Source: Euglena gracilis
Taxonomy: Eukaryota
Assembly: GCA_039621445.1 (NCBI GenBank)
Contig: CP154954.1
Location: forward strand, 44,991,847-45,055,846
Direction: 5' to 3'
Length of the DNA: 64,000 nt
Shown: in pieces, positions 1-11,666 of the stretch
Position numbering within the stretch: the stretch's first letter is position 1
How the letters are laid out: every line of letters starts with the position of its first letter
The notes under the pieces: generated by a model
What the model was told of the DNA's origin: nothing
Databases searched by the model: none
The model's input: the letters and a program-made list of their open reading frames with translations, nothing else
Position numbers and translations under genes: made by a program

Positions 1-904
1 AGGCCACGTCATTCGGATCGGGGGGGGGGGCCAACCCACACCACCCCCTTGGGGGGAACGCTTTCCTCAAAAACCCAGTCACTCACTTCCGATCTTGGGT
101 CGTTGCCTCAGATCAGGGGTTATCCCGTTTGGCTTTTTTCCCCCAAAAAATGGCTGGCGTCGGTGGGTTTGCTTTTGGCCGTCCACAGATGACCCCCGGG
201 GACTGGTATACACTTTAAAAAGATCAGACAGCCCTGAACCAAACGACTTGGGGAAGGGAAGGCAAACATTGTTATGCATTTCCCAATCTGGCTGTCATGG
301 GCGCCGGGGGGGGGGGGGGCTGCGAGCACCGATTACGTCGAACACGAGTTCAAATATGTCTTTAAGTACAGTCTGGACAAAAATGACACACTGAAAAATA
401 AAGGCAAAAATGATGGGAAAAACTGATGGGAAAAAATGACTGGAAAATTTCGGTTTTGGAATTTTTTTTTTTTTTTTGTTTTTTTTTTTTTTTTTTTTTA
501 AAGTACAGTATGCGACCAAAAAGACACACTGAAAAATAAGGCAAAAATGAGGAAAAAATGATGGCGAAAAAAATGACTGGAAATATTTCCGGTTTTGGAA
601 ATTTTTCTGACTTTTAAGCAGAATAGTAGTAATAATGTTCCCACTTGTGAGGAAGGATTATATTCAGCAAAAAAATGACAATACAAAATTTCAAATGGTC
701 TTCTTTCTTTTTTTTTTTTTTTTTTTTTTACAAAAGTCATACTCCATCTTTTTGAATGTGAAACTTGACTACGCCTGAACACGGTTCCCACAAAAGGGCG
801 TAGACAAGGTATGGGGAGAAAAAAAATGACTTTTTTTTTTTTTTTTTTTTTTTTTTTCCCGTCGTTTTTTGTCTGGACTGAATATTTATTAAGCATCTGA
901 GTTC

Positions 905-1357
905 ATTGCCCAACGGCATCTCACGCCACCATGCAGGGAACAACATGGGGGTGGATGACAACTCGGACGTGTTGGGTCAGGCAGCCCTCAATGCTGCTGC
1001 CCTCCTCGTAACCCAAACCGCCTCTACCACAGACAAGTTATTGTTGGTGTAGTTGTTGTTGTTGTTGTTGTTGTTGCAGGCTTGTGCTCAGTCGGGTGCC
1101 TACACCACGGGGGGGTGATAGGGGCAGGCACCTTATAGCACCCCATCCGACCCTCCGGGGTGTGGTAGGGTTTTTGTGGGTGCCTGCCCATAGCAGCCCT
1201 CCGACCCCAGTGCCAAAGGCACCGGGGGCCCGGAAAAGGCCATTTTCAATGAAAATTTCTGGGTCCCCCCGGACCCCCCCGGGGGGTGTGCCTGCTAGGG
1301 GCAGGCACCCTAGAGCACCCCCCCCCCCGGTTCACAAACATGTGTTGTTGTTGTTGT

Positions 1358-1396
<39 letters not shown>

Positions 1397-4300
1397 CTGA
1401 TCTTTGCCTGGGGCAGGGAGGGGGGCCCAACAGACTAGACGTCGCCGTTGTGTGAATCAATTTTGCTTCATTTTGGTTCCTCTTTTTTTTAAGAAAAAAA
1501 GAATGGCCGTTAAAATGAGCTAGAAAATTGATATCATGTGTGAAAAATGGTGCACCAGAAATGGCTAAAATTATTCTGAAAGAGGTGATATCTAACAAGG
1601 CCAAATGGCCGCCAAGGATTGTTGGCTATCATTTTTAAAAGTCAAAAAAAAAAAGCGGAAAGACTGAAAAATTATCTAAACGGACATGACACCCCTTTGT
1701 CCCCCATTTTATGCCGATCATTTCTGATTTTGGTTCCCCCCCTAGGACCCCCCCAAAAGAGTGTTAGCTGGTGGGTGGTAAACGGTTTGCGCCCCCTGGC
1801 CCCCCTGGCTTTGGCGTTTCTGAGTTTCTTATTTCAACATTGCAACAGGCCAAAGGCCGCCTATAAGGTTGGCTCATAATTGTCAAAAGTCAAGAAAACG
1901 CCAAAGTGGCCAGCAATGGGCAAGGTGACAAAATTAGCTAAACGGACATAAACACCCAAAAATTGGCCATATACCCCCATTTATGGCCGAATTTCTGATT
2001 TTGGGTCCCTTCCTCCCCACTAGTCAAAGACCCCCCCTTGACAGCTGGAGTTGAACATTAGCTGTTTTGCGCCCCGCCCCCCACCCCCGGTCAGAGAAAA
2101 AACGCTGGTTTGTGGAAAAAGGAAAGGGTTTGACCCCCCAAAAATGTGCTCTCCCCCCGAGTCCCCCCCCCTGGCCCCCCAGGGAAGAGTGTGCTCTGTG
2201 GGGCGGCAGGGAACCCAGAACCCAACCCAGACCGCCCATAGAGCCGCTGGAGCAGCGGCGGGCGCCAGCCGTGCCTCGACGACTGCCTCGCCACGCGCAG
2301 CTTCGCCGCGTGCCCCCCGCTCTTGGATTCACTTAATACCTGTGTGACCCCACCCCCCAAGGGGAGGGGGTTTGAGTGTGGGTGGTGGGTTGGGGCTGCC
2401 GGACCCTTCCAGGGGGGTGCGCCATCAGTCAGATTTTGGCCCGGCCAAAGGCCGGGCCGAAAAAATTTTATCCAGGGTTTTTGGCTGATTTTGGCTGTAT
2501 TTTGGGTGGGTGGGTGTGGGTGGGTGACCCCGGGGAGGGGTCTTGGGTCGGTGGGTTTTCAAAAAAGTGGGCGGTGGGTTTGGGTCCGGGAAAAAGTGCC
2601 CCCCCCCCCCCCGGGGTCACCAAGCGAATCCGTGGCCCCGCTGCCGGACGCCTGCCGGCAGTGCCTCGGCGTCTGCCTCGACGTGCCGGGCGGCAGCGCG
2701 GCCTGTGTCACCCGCGGGGCGCTGTCCCTGCCGCGTGCATGCGCGCCGTAGTTTGGTCAGTTTCGGCGGTGGCGGCGGGGGCTGTGCGCCCCGCGGCCCC
2801 GACCTCTGCCTGGCTGTGCCGGGGCCGTGCACCCCCTACACCCTCTGCCCCGGCGGTGGCGGGGAAACCGGAAGGCGGGGGCCGCGACTGACTTCCCCAC
2901 CGAAGTTTGTACCGATGGTGCGCGGGGTCAGGGTGCAATGGACGGAGGGTGTACGTTCAGGTGAGGGTCCCCCACCTCCCCCCTTCTTGGACCGGACGGG
3001 GGCGCGGGGGGGTTCCGACCTGCCACCTGCCAGGGGGGGGGTCCGCAGCGACCTTGGGGTCCCCCCAAAAGGTCAAAATTTTCTTTCCATCAATTTACGC
3101 CAAAATTTTTGGCAATTTTGCCAAAAATTTTGGCAATTTTGCCAAAAATTGTCCCCCCAAAATGGCCCAGAATGGCATTTTTGGCTGATTTGGGGGTGTG
3201 GGGCAAAATTCTTCGCCCGGCGTTTTGTGACAGGGCGAAAAATCAGTCGCTCGGACAGCACCGCTGTTTGGGTGCCCCCCCTCCTGGACTGGGGAAGGGG
3301 TCGACCCACCCCAGGGATGGATGGGAAGCCCTTCGGTATTGAGGTAGGTGGTAGGGGGGGGTCCCGACCACCCCCCCCCTGGGGGGGTAAGGTGGTAGGG
3401 GGGGGTCGCTGAGCTCTTATCCCTTTATGGGTAAGAGCGAAGCTTACCACCGGCGAAACCCCCCCCCTCGACCCCCCCCCTCCCCCCCCCCCCCCCCCCC
3501 GGGTCGGGGCCACCTCGGGAACCGACGGATTATCACCATGATCCCGGCCCGGTTCCCGGAATTTTTTTTTCCAGTCGCGAGCGACTGGATTCCTAGTTTC
3601 CGAATCACCTGGGTTTGACCCCCAACTCCCCGCCAGGCCCGAGTTATTCACGCACGAAGGGGTCCAAACTCGGTAGGATTTACCCGCCCCCCCTGGATAA
3701 GCCCCCCCCCCCTTTGGACTCTGCCATTTCGGCCAAAAAATGTCAATTTTCAAAATATCTCCAAAATGAAGCCAAATCAAAGGAAATGTCCGGAGACCTA
3801 ATTTGAAGCCCTTGGAACGCCCCATCTACCGGTATTTTGATTTCCCCGCAACTCCCCGCCTAGCCCGAGATACGGCCGTTTTCGGCGCACCTGGCCGTTT
3901 TGTACACTTTTCCCTCTGCTCGACTTAGCCGTTTTCGGGGGGTGGGGGGTCAAAAAATCGATGTTTTCAAAATTTCTCGAAAATGATGCAAAATCAAAGG
4001 AAATGTCCAGAGACCTAAATTGAAGCCCTTGGAACGCTCTATCTACTGGGATTTTGGTTTCCCCGCAACTCCCCGCCCAGCCCGAGATACGGGCGTTTTT
4101 TGGCCAATTTGGGCCATTTCAGGCCATTTTGTACATTTTCCTTCTGTTCGACTTGGCCGTTTTCGGCCAAAAAAGCCGAAAAAAATCGCAAAATTTTTTT
4201 GCCCGAAACGATGTTTTTTGACCTCCCGGACCCAGAAAAACTGTTTTCGAGCCGAAAACGAGCGTTTTTCGACCCGCCGGTGCCCCGTTTTGGGCCGCCG

Positions 4301-7297
4301 ACCCATTGACTTTGGGTCAAAACCGGGTCAAAAAAGTCGAAAAAAATCGAAAAATTTTTTTTTGCCCGAAACGATGTTTTTTGGCCTCCCGGACCCGGAA
4401 AAACTGTTTTCGAGCCGAAAACGAGCGTTTTTCGACCCGCCGGTGCCCCGTTTTGGGCTGCCGACCCTTTGACTTTGGGTCAAAACCGGGTCAAAAAAGT
4501 CGAAAAAAATCGAAAATTTTTTTTTTGCCCAAAACGATGTTTTTTGGCCTCCCGGACCCGGAAAAACTGTTTTCGAGCCGAAAACGAGCGTTTTTCGACC
4601 CGCCGGTGCCCCGTTTTGGGCCGCCGACCCATTGACTTTGGGTCAAAACCGGGTCAAAAAAGTCGAAAAAAATCGAAAAAATTTTTTTTGCCCGAAACGA
4701 TGTTTTTTGGCCTCCCGGACCCAGAAAAACTGTTTTTGAGCCGAAAATGAGCGTTTTTCGACCCGCCGGTGCCCCGTTTTGGGCCGCCGACCCTTTGACT
4801 TTGGGTCAAAACCGGGTCAAAAAAGTCGAAAAAAATCGAAAAAAAATTTTTGCCCGAAACGATGTTTTTTGGCCTCCCGGACCCAGAAAAACTGTTTTTG
4901 AGCCGAAAACGAGCGTTTTTCGACCCCCCGGCGCCCCGTTTTGGGCCGCCGACCCATTGACTTTGGGCCAAAACCGGGTCAAAAAAGTCGAAAAAAATCG
5001 AAAAAATTTTTTTTGCCCGAAACGATGTTTTTTGGCCTCCCGGACCCAGAAAAACTGTTTTTGAGCCGAAAATGAGCGTTTTTCGACCCCCCGGCGCCCC
5101 GTTTTGGGCCGCCGACCCTTTGACTTTGGGTCAAAACCGGGTCAAAAAAGTCGAAAAAAATCGAAAAAAATTTTTTTGCCCGAAACGATGTTTTTTGGCC
5201 TCCCGGACCCAGAAAAACTGTTTTTGAGCCGAGAATGAGCGTTTTTCGACCCGCCGGCGCCCCGTTTTGGGCCGCCGACCCTTTGACTTTGGGTCAAAAC
5301 CGGGTCAAAAAAGTCGAAAAAAATCGAAAAAATTTTTTTTGCCCGAAACGATGTTTTTTGGCCTCCCGGACCCAGAAAAACTGTTTTTGAGCCGAAAATG
5401 AGCGTTTTTCGACCCCCCGGCGCCCCGTTTTGGGCCGCCGACCCATTGACTTTGGGTCAAAACCGGGTCAAAAAAGTCGAAAAAATCGAAATTTTTTTTT
5501 GCCCGAAACGATGTTTTTTGGCCTCCCGGACCCAGAAAAACTGTTTTTGAGCCGAAAACGAGCGTTTTTCGACCCCCCCGGCGCCCCGTTTTGGGCCGCC
5601 GACCCATTGACTTTGGATCAAAACCGGGTCAAAAAAGTCGAAAAAAATCGAAAAAAGTTTTTTTGCCCGAAACGATGTTTTTTGGCCTCCCGGACCCTGA
5701 AAAACTGTTTTTGAGCCGAAAACGAGCGTTTTTCGACCCGCCGGTGCCCTGTTTCTGGCACAAAACACATGCATTTCAGTCAAAAGAGCTCCATGGGTGT
5801 GCCGGTATGTATGGAGGGGTCAATGAAGGGGTGGGTGCGCGCTTCCCAAGAGCTCAGCACTATTCAAAACCTGGTCCGGACCCCCCCCCCCCCCCCTAGA
5901 TGTTGGGAGGGGGGGTCCGGACCCCCCCACCCCCCCCCTCCTTGACAGGTGCCAAAAATAGCAGAAAATTTTCTTCCGGCACTGTGCGCCGGAAAATGAG
6001 CAAAAAACACCCCTTTTGCTGACTTTTGGCCATATTGCCCATTTTTTGATGTGTTGGTGTTTTCCCCCAAAAACATGTTCAAAAAAATTCAAAAAATGAG
6101 CATTTTTGGAACGATTTTCAAAGAAAAATCAGGTGTTTTTGACCGATTCCGACCCGATTTCCGGCCCTTTGCCCGTCCATGAAATCGAAAAAATTTCGGC
6201 CCCCCCTCAGTTTCGAGGTAGGAGGGGGGGGTCCGACCCACCCCCCCCCCTCCGTGTCGGGAGGGGGGGGGTCCGACACACCCCCCCCCCTCAAGGCTTC
6301 CCATCCATCCCTGACCCACCCCCACCTGCCCTCACATTGGACGGCAATGCATCCACAGACGGACATCAGCAGCTTTGAGGGCACACCTTTGCATGTGCTT
6401 TAGGGCAAAAATTATTGGACCACCCAGTTTTCCAACAATTTTTTCCCGCTATTTTACGCCCAATATTTTCCTATTTCCCTTAAGAGAAACTGCTTCTTTG
6501 TTCACTTTTTGGGGGGACTAATTAGGATCATCATAAACATGAAGCCAAGATGGGCAAAAGAAGCATTTTTAAATAAGATTCTTTTTTTGTTGTTTTTGGA
6601 ATTTCTTCAGCTGGAAAGCTATGGCGTGGCGCAGCGAAGAAGCCCGCCGGTCCCAAAGGGTCAATACATCAACACCCCTTCTCAAATGGGAACGGGTGGC
6701 GAGGGAGAAATGTCGCAGCCCCCCCTATTCCATCCCACTCGTGCAATTCCCAGGGTTTCCATTCAGCCTTGGGGAGAGGCAGGCAGGAAGAGTTTTGGCT
6801 TCCCAATGACCACCTCGCCTGTTAAAACCACCCCAGCCAGATGACAGGGAGCACGAGAGCACAGGGAGCCCTCAAATCCCTGCTCTGGGCTCAGGCGGGA
6901 TGTAACCATCGTGGGACGGCAGAGAGGGTTCATCCCCACCCCCCACCCCCAGCCCCCTCCGGGCCTCCCAACCCAGGGCAGGATGGGAACTGTACCATAT
7001 GTGCGTGGGGGGTGGGGGCGACCCCCCGTTCCCCCTCCTCCCCCCCCACCCCACCCCCGCCCCTCTGCCCACCGCCGGACCCCGCCGGACGGCGTTGTGC
7101 CGGGTGGAGTGCGCCACGGTCGACGCCGCCACCTCCGCCGCCCTCCCGCCGGAGGTCCAGGCCGAAGCCGCGGGGCAGGGGGCGGAGCGGGCCGGCGCCG
7201 AGCCGCAGGCGGTGCACAGCGGCAACGGCGAGGGCGGGGACGGCCACGCCGCGCGACGGCGCCGCGATATGCACCGGCGGGAACGGCACGGCGGAGA

Positions 7298-7354
<57 letters not shown>

Positions 7355-10086
7355 ACACAAGCGTGGGAAAAGGCATCGAGATGACAGGTACCGGGAATCA
7401 AAGCGTCATGAGAGGAGCAAGGAATCCGAGTTGTACAAGAGGAGCAAGTCTTCGGAGCGTGATGAGCAGGATGAGGAGGGAGGGTCGTATGCCAGAGACT
7501 CGGAGTCCGAGAGCTTTGCCAAGAACAAGGAATCCGAGTTCTCTGAATACTCCAGGGAAGGAAGCCGCCCCGGCACAGGCGGCTACCACGACCGTGGCAC
7601 AGATTCGGAAACGGAGCGCTATCAGAAGAGCAAGGAATCTGAGGACTACCACAAGAAGCAGGAATCGGTGTCCGCCAACCGGGATGGAGATGGCGGGTCG
7701 TACCAGAGGAGCACGGAGTCGGAGAGCTCGGAGAAGAGCAAGGAGTTCGAAAGCTACTCCTCCACCCGGGAAGGACATACCCATCGGCGTGAGGGGGCGG
7801 AGGACATGGTTGGGCAGGGCTGTATGGGAACCCCTCTTGGGTTGATGGGAGGTGGGGGTCAACCACCCCCGCCCCCATCCTGCTTGCCAAGCTGAGCGAT
7901 GCTGGGCGATGCTGGCATTTTCTTTGTACATTTTGAAGAATTAAACCCATTTTTAGACTAATGGGGGTACGAACCCCCACCAGGACTTCCTGTATTTTGG
8001 GGGCACCGGCTCTTTGGGCAAGTTCTTCGTTGTGTATATGGTGCTGTGGTGAGTCGGAAGGTGCGCATCATGCTGGACACCGTGGCCAGGCGGCCATTGT
8101 TTGCTTCCAGCCCAGCTTGTCGCATCCTCGAAACCCTCCCCCAAAAAGCTGTGTAATTTTGTCACTGTCGAATATTTTATATTGGGAGATCAATCGTGGG
8201 GGTCGACCCCCCTCCCCCCAACCCCGCTGCCCGGCCTTCCTGGACAGCCCTGGGGCCAGGGCCGGGGAGGGGGCGGCCGTGGGGCGGGTCCCCCCGTTGC
8301 TGGCGGAGGCGCTGCGGACCGGGGCCGCGGCCCACTCCGCCTGCCCCCCTGCCGCTGCCGGGCGGTGGGCGTGTTGCTCGGCCTTGACCCTGTCAAGGGT
8401 GCCCGTGTACCTGGATGTGCCTGTCCACTTCGGGAAATAATTGAGAAACGAAACGACGGGCGAACACCGAAAAGGCCTTTTTTCAAAAAAAAATTCGTTG
8501 CCTTCGGCGTCGGACCCCCCCCCCCTCTCCGGGAAGTCAACATGTTCAGTTCAGTTCGGAAGTGAATTGGGGGGGGGGGTTCCCAGCGGACCCCTCGAAA
8601 CACAAGACCCTCGCTGAGAACCTTTTTTGGTTAGGTGGAGGTTTCTGTTAAGTTGCATGATTGCCGTTTGATGGCCTTTTTTAGGGGTGGACACAAGGCG
8701 TGGGGACTGATTGTATTTCTGGACATTTTTTTGTGCATTTCGAAAGTTCTGAAGCTTACTCGGCTTCAGTTTCCTGTTGCATGCAGTCAGGTGGGACCCA
8801 TTGCCCAAAATTATTTGCAGCCGATGGGCTGTACCCGTTCATTGCTTTCACACTGGAAGACGGGTTCGGGTTGAAGAATACAAAATGGAATGTCCGCAGC
8901 ATACAGTGCAGTGGGAGACTCTTCTGCTTTGTCGACCCAAGCAGCTGTATCGTCCTAAAGCCCATGCCCCAATAATTTTACTGCTGTTGTGCGGTTGCCA
9001 AGCTCAATATGCAGTAAAGGCACCCATTGAAGCCCCGTGGACCGTCCCGCTGTTTGTGTTGGCTTTTGGAGCCAACGTGGCTTGGGCGCCCTTGGCGCGG
9101 GGGTTCAAGCCAACGTCAAGCGAGCAGGCACCCCCCGGCAGGCGGGCTGCCCCGGCCCCCAGCCCTGAGTTTCGGCTCGCCCGCAACGCCCCGGGGCGGC
9201 GGGGGTCCCCACCGCCCCCGCCGATGCGTAGCGCCGACGAATGGCTTGGCCGGCCGTCGCGTCCGCTGCGGGCTGCGCCGGGGTTGGCCGCCGGCGGCGC
9301 ACGCGTCCAGGATTGGACGGCGTTGGTGCCAATGCCCGGGGACGTCTGTTCTCCCCCCGATTTCCATCGCACCCACCCGCCCTGGGATGGGTGGATGGAT
9401 CTGAAGTGGAAAGGTCTTATTGTCCGGATAGGCATCCGAGGACCCCTGATGCCCCAGGTGCCCATGTGGTGCAGGCTTCGGTACCTGAATGGTCCGGGGT
9501 GTCTGGACAGGTCGGTGGGACAGCATTTGCAACCCGGTGGTCGACCGCACCACCATCCACAGGTTTTCATAAAGCCCTGCCCGGGGGGGGGGGGGTTGGG
9601 TCCCGGCTGGGTCTTACCTCCAGCCAAATTGCACCTGGAAATGCCTATTCCAGGCCGGCGGTGCCGAGGTTCTGCATCCCACACATCATACCCTGCCCTG
9701 AAACTGGACCCGCACCGGCCCCCCTCCCCCGTCCCCCCTTCACATGTTTCGGGGGCGCCACCCCCCCCCCCACAAACATTTTCCTGCGGCGCCAAAGTCA
9801 CAGAAGGATTCTGTTCGCAAACTGACATGTAGTGCCCCCCCCCCCACCACCACCACAGCCCTGCCCCCGGGAGTTAGACACCTGCTGTTCGTGTTGGAAT
9901 CCCAGAGACATTCTCGGACCGTTGCTGGGGAGGGGGGCGAATTCCGACCTGGCCGGCTTTGCCAATGGCTGGATCCGGCGTGGCCCGGGGCCCAGGTGTT
10001 CCACTGACCGCCACCCCCCCCCCCCCCCGAATGGCCCCCCTGGGGGGGAGGGGGCCCCCGAGGAGTATGGCCCGCGGCCTGCATAG
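905..10086 (+). CDS. Spliced gene A (5' end unresolved, possibly upstream of the window): unknown protein with Cys-rich domain, poly-Asp and Ser/Glu/Lys-rich insert; paralog of gene B
   Basis: Exons found by similarity to gene B: ~905-1027 (…LLVTQTAS), ~2249-2318 (WSSGGRQPCLDDCLATRSFAACP), 2640-2715 (PLPDACRQCLGVCLDVPGGSAACVTR), 2795-~2851 (GPDLCLAVPGPCTPYTLCP), ~7074-7811 (RRTALCRVEC…poly-D…), 8258-~8316 (PPLLAEALR), ~9199-9330 (DEWLG…WTAL), ~9910-10086 (GPLL…EEYGPRPA*). Intron 7812-8257 has ggg-CAGGGCTGT…ACAGCCCTG-gggcc ends. Several junctions are approximate. Confidence 0.65.
1077..1342. mobile_element. MITE, CAGGCTTGTGCT family
   Basis: Ends CAGGCTTGTG…CACAAACATG. TGTTGTTG on both sides, but within a (TTG)n tract so weak as a TSD. 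Body matches 25319-25600 and 50220-50512. Confidence 0.75.
2319..2639 (+). other. Paralog-specific nonconventional intron derived from a TIR element
   Basis: Removal gives TGC CCC CCG CTG, matching the uninterrupted paralog at ~13075-13086. Imperfect ~20-bp inverted ends; flanks CCCCCGCT (2314-2321) and GCCCCGCT (2635-2642). Confidence 0.8.
4165..5750. repeat. Intronic tandem satellite, ~163-bp unit x ~10
   Basis: CCC(G/A)AAACGATG recurs at ~4202, 4365, 4528, 4691, 4853, 5016, 5179, 5342, 5502, 5666; preceded by a ~240-bp duplicated block (~3740-4200). Confidence 0.95.
7297..7350 (+). repeat. (GAC)n coding poly-Asp tract
   Basis: GAT followed by an uninterrupted GAC run inside the large exon of gene A. 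Confidence 0.9.
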
Positions 10087-11272
10087 CTGGTCGACGGCAG
10101 TCCGGCAGTACCACCGGCCCTGTGCCTGGGGGGGGGGGAGGTTTGCACTGCAGAGATGCCATTGGGGAGTGCAGGTGTATTGTGCCAGGACGAAAGTTGG
10201 TGGCGCTGGTGAAAGCATCACTGGGAAAGTTGGCAATTCTGAACTTAAACAATTTACACTGATTCAGGGCGGACATCTTTTTATAGAAACCGTTTTATGT
10301 GAACGGTGTTTGGCGGGATTTGTTTGAACAGAGTTGGGACAAAGATGATGGGAAACACAAATGAGGGGAAACCACCGAAATCTTTTGCATCATTTTCAGA
10401 ACATTTTCTGCTGCATTTTGCTGATGTGCTGAAGTGTGTATTTTCAGAATTACCAGCACATTTCACACACCAAGAGATGGGTAATGGAATTTGCTTTGGC
10501 GATCTAAGTGAGTTGGGGGAAAAAACCCTCAAAAATCCATTTCTGGTCTGTTTGTTGAGCATAGAGTTTGTCAACCAACACAAGTTTTGAAAATCATCGC
10601 TATTTTTTTTAGATGATTTTGGTTTTCCATCGTTATTTGGTTTCCCATCATTCTTTCCAGGTTGGATCCTGTGCATCTGCACATTTTGAGTACAGCGCCA
10701 TTTTCGACTGTGCCGCATTTCACTCACAAGTGGTGCTGGCCACCCTTTGTTTGGAATTGCCACCCAGTTGGCGCAGACCCACTGGTGGAAGGCATGGCTG
10801 CCGAACTGGTTGTACATTCCCCCTCTCCTGTCAGCGCATCGTTATGGCTGTCGCAACGCACACCGTTTTGGCGGTCTGACGGCGGCTTCGTGTGCCGCAG
10901 TCACGGTATTTTTTGCACCGGACCACACATCTCTCTAAGTTTTTGCGAACCCCCCGGGGGGGGGGGCGGCTGCAGCCAGCCCCGATTTGGGCCCAGCCCA
11001 GCCGCAGCTGCACTGCAAGTTAAACAAACATTGGGAAAGCCACAGAAATCGATGAAGTCGTGTCAGAATGGACCCCTGTGCAAAAAACTGCTGCTATTTC
11101 TGGATCGCTGGATGGGGAGGAGGGCCATGCAGGAGGAGGTCTATTTGCCACGAGTGGTTGTGGAATTCAAAATTCGGCATTGTCCCTCATCCCCCCCCCA
11201 TAAAAACTGACCGGAAGCTTGAAGAATCCACCATCTTGTTTGGAAGCTTGCCGACAATAATCGCTAAGTCAA

Positions 11273-11318
<46 letters not shown>

Positions 11319-11620
11319 CTCCTCAAGGAATTCCGCGAACTCCCTCTCCGGTCATATTCAAGCCGATGGGGCTGTGGGGGATGGGGCGGAAAAAGTTTTT
11401 GGGCACAAAACCCATGGGTGCGGGTGCAGGTGCAGGTGTGGGTGTGGATGGCGTGTGTGTGTGCTGTGGGCATGGTGGGCAGGCAGTGGTTAGCCCCTGT
11501 AAAGAAAAGGCCCAGAGGACTGTTGTTCCGAGGCATATCCTTAAACACCCCCCCCCCACCCAACTAACCTTTCAGCGGGGGTTCGGAGCACCCCGACATA
11601 TGACTCACACACCTCCACCA

Positions 11621-11637
11621 CGTGTTTCTCTCCGCAG
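11621..11637 (+). promoter_or_regulatory. Putative spliced-leader trans-splice acceptor of gene B
   Basis: Pyrimidine tract plus CGCAG (tttctctccgcAG), 29 nt before the ATG. SL trans-splicing is general in Euglenozoa. Confidence 0.5.
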
Positions 11638-11666
11638 ACGGGCCAGCACTTGCGACCCCACTTTGG

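Noticed and set aside
4165-5750. Regular repeat array suggestive of CRISPR, and repetitive ORFs
   Set aside because: Whole units repeat with no unique spacers, there are no cas genes, and the context is a eukaryotic intron.
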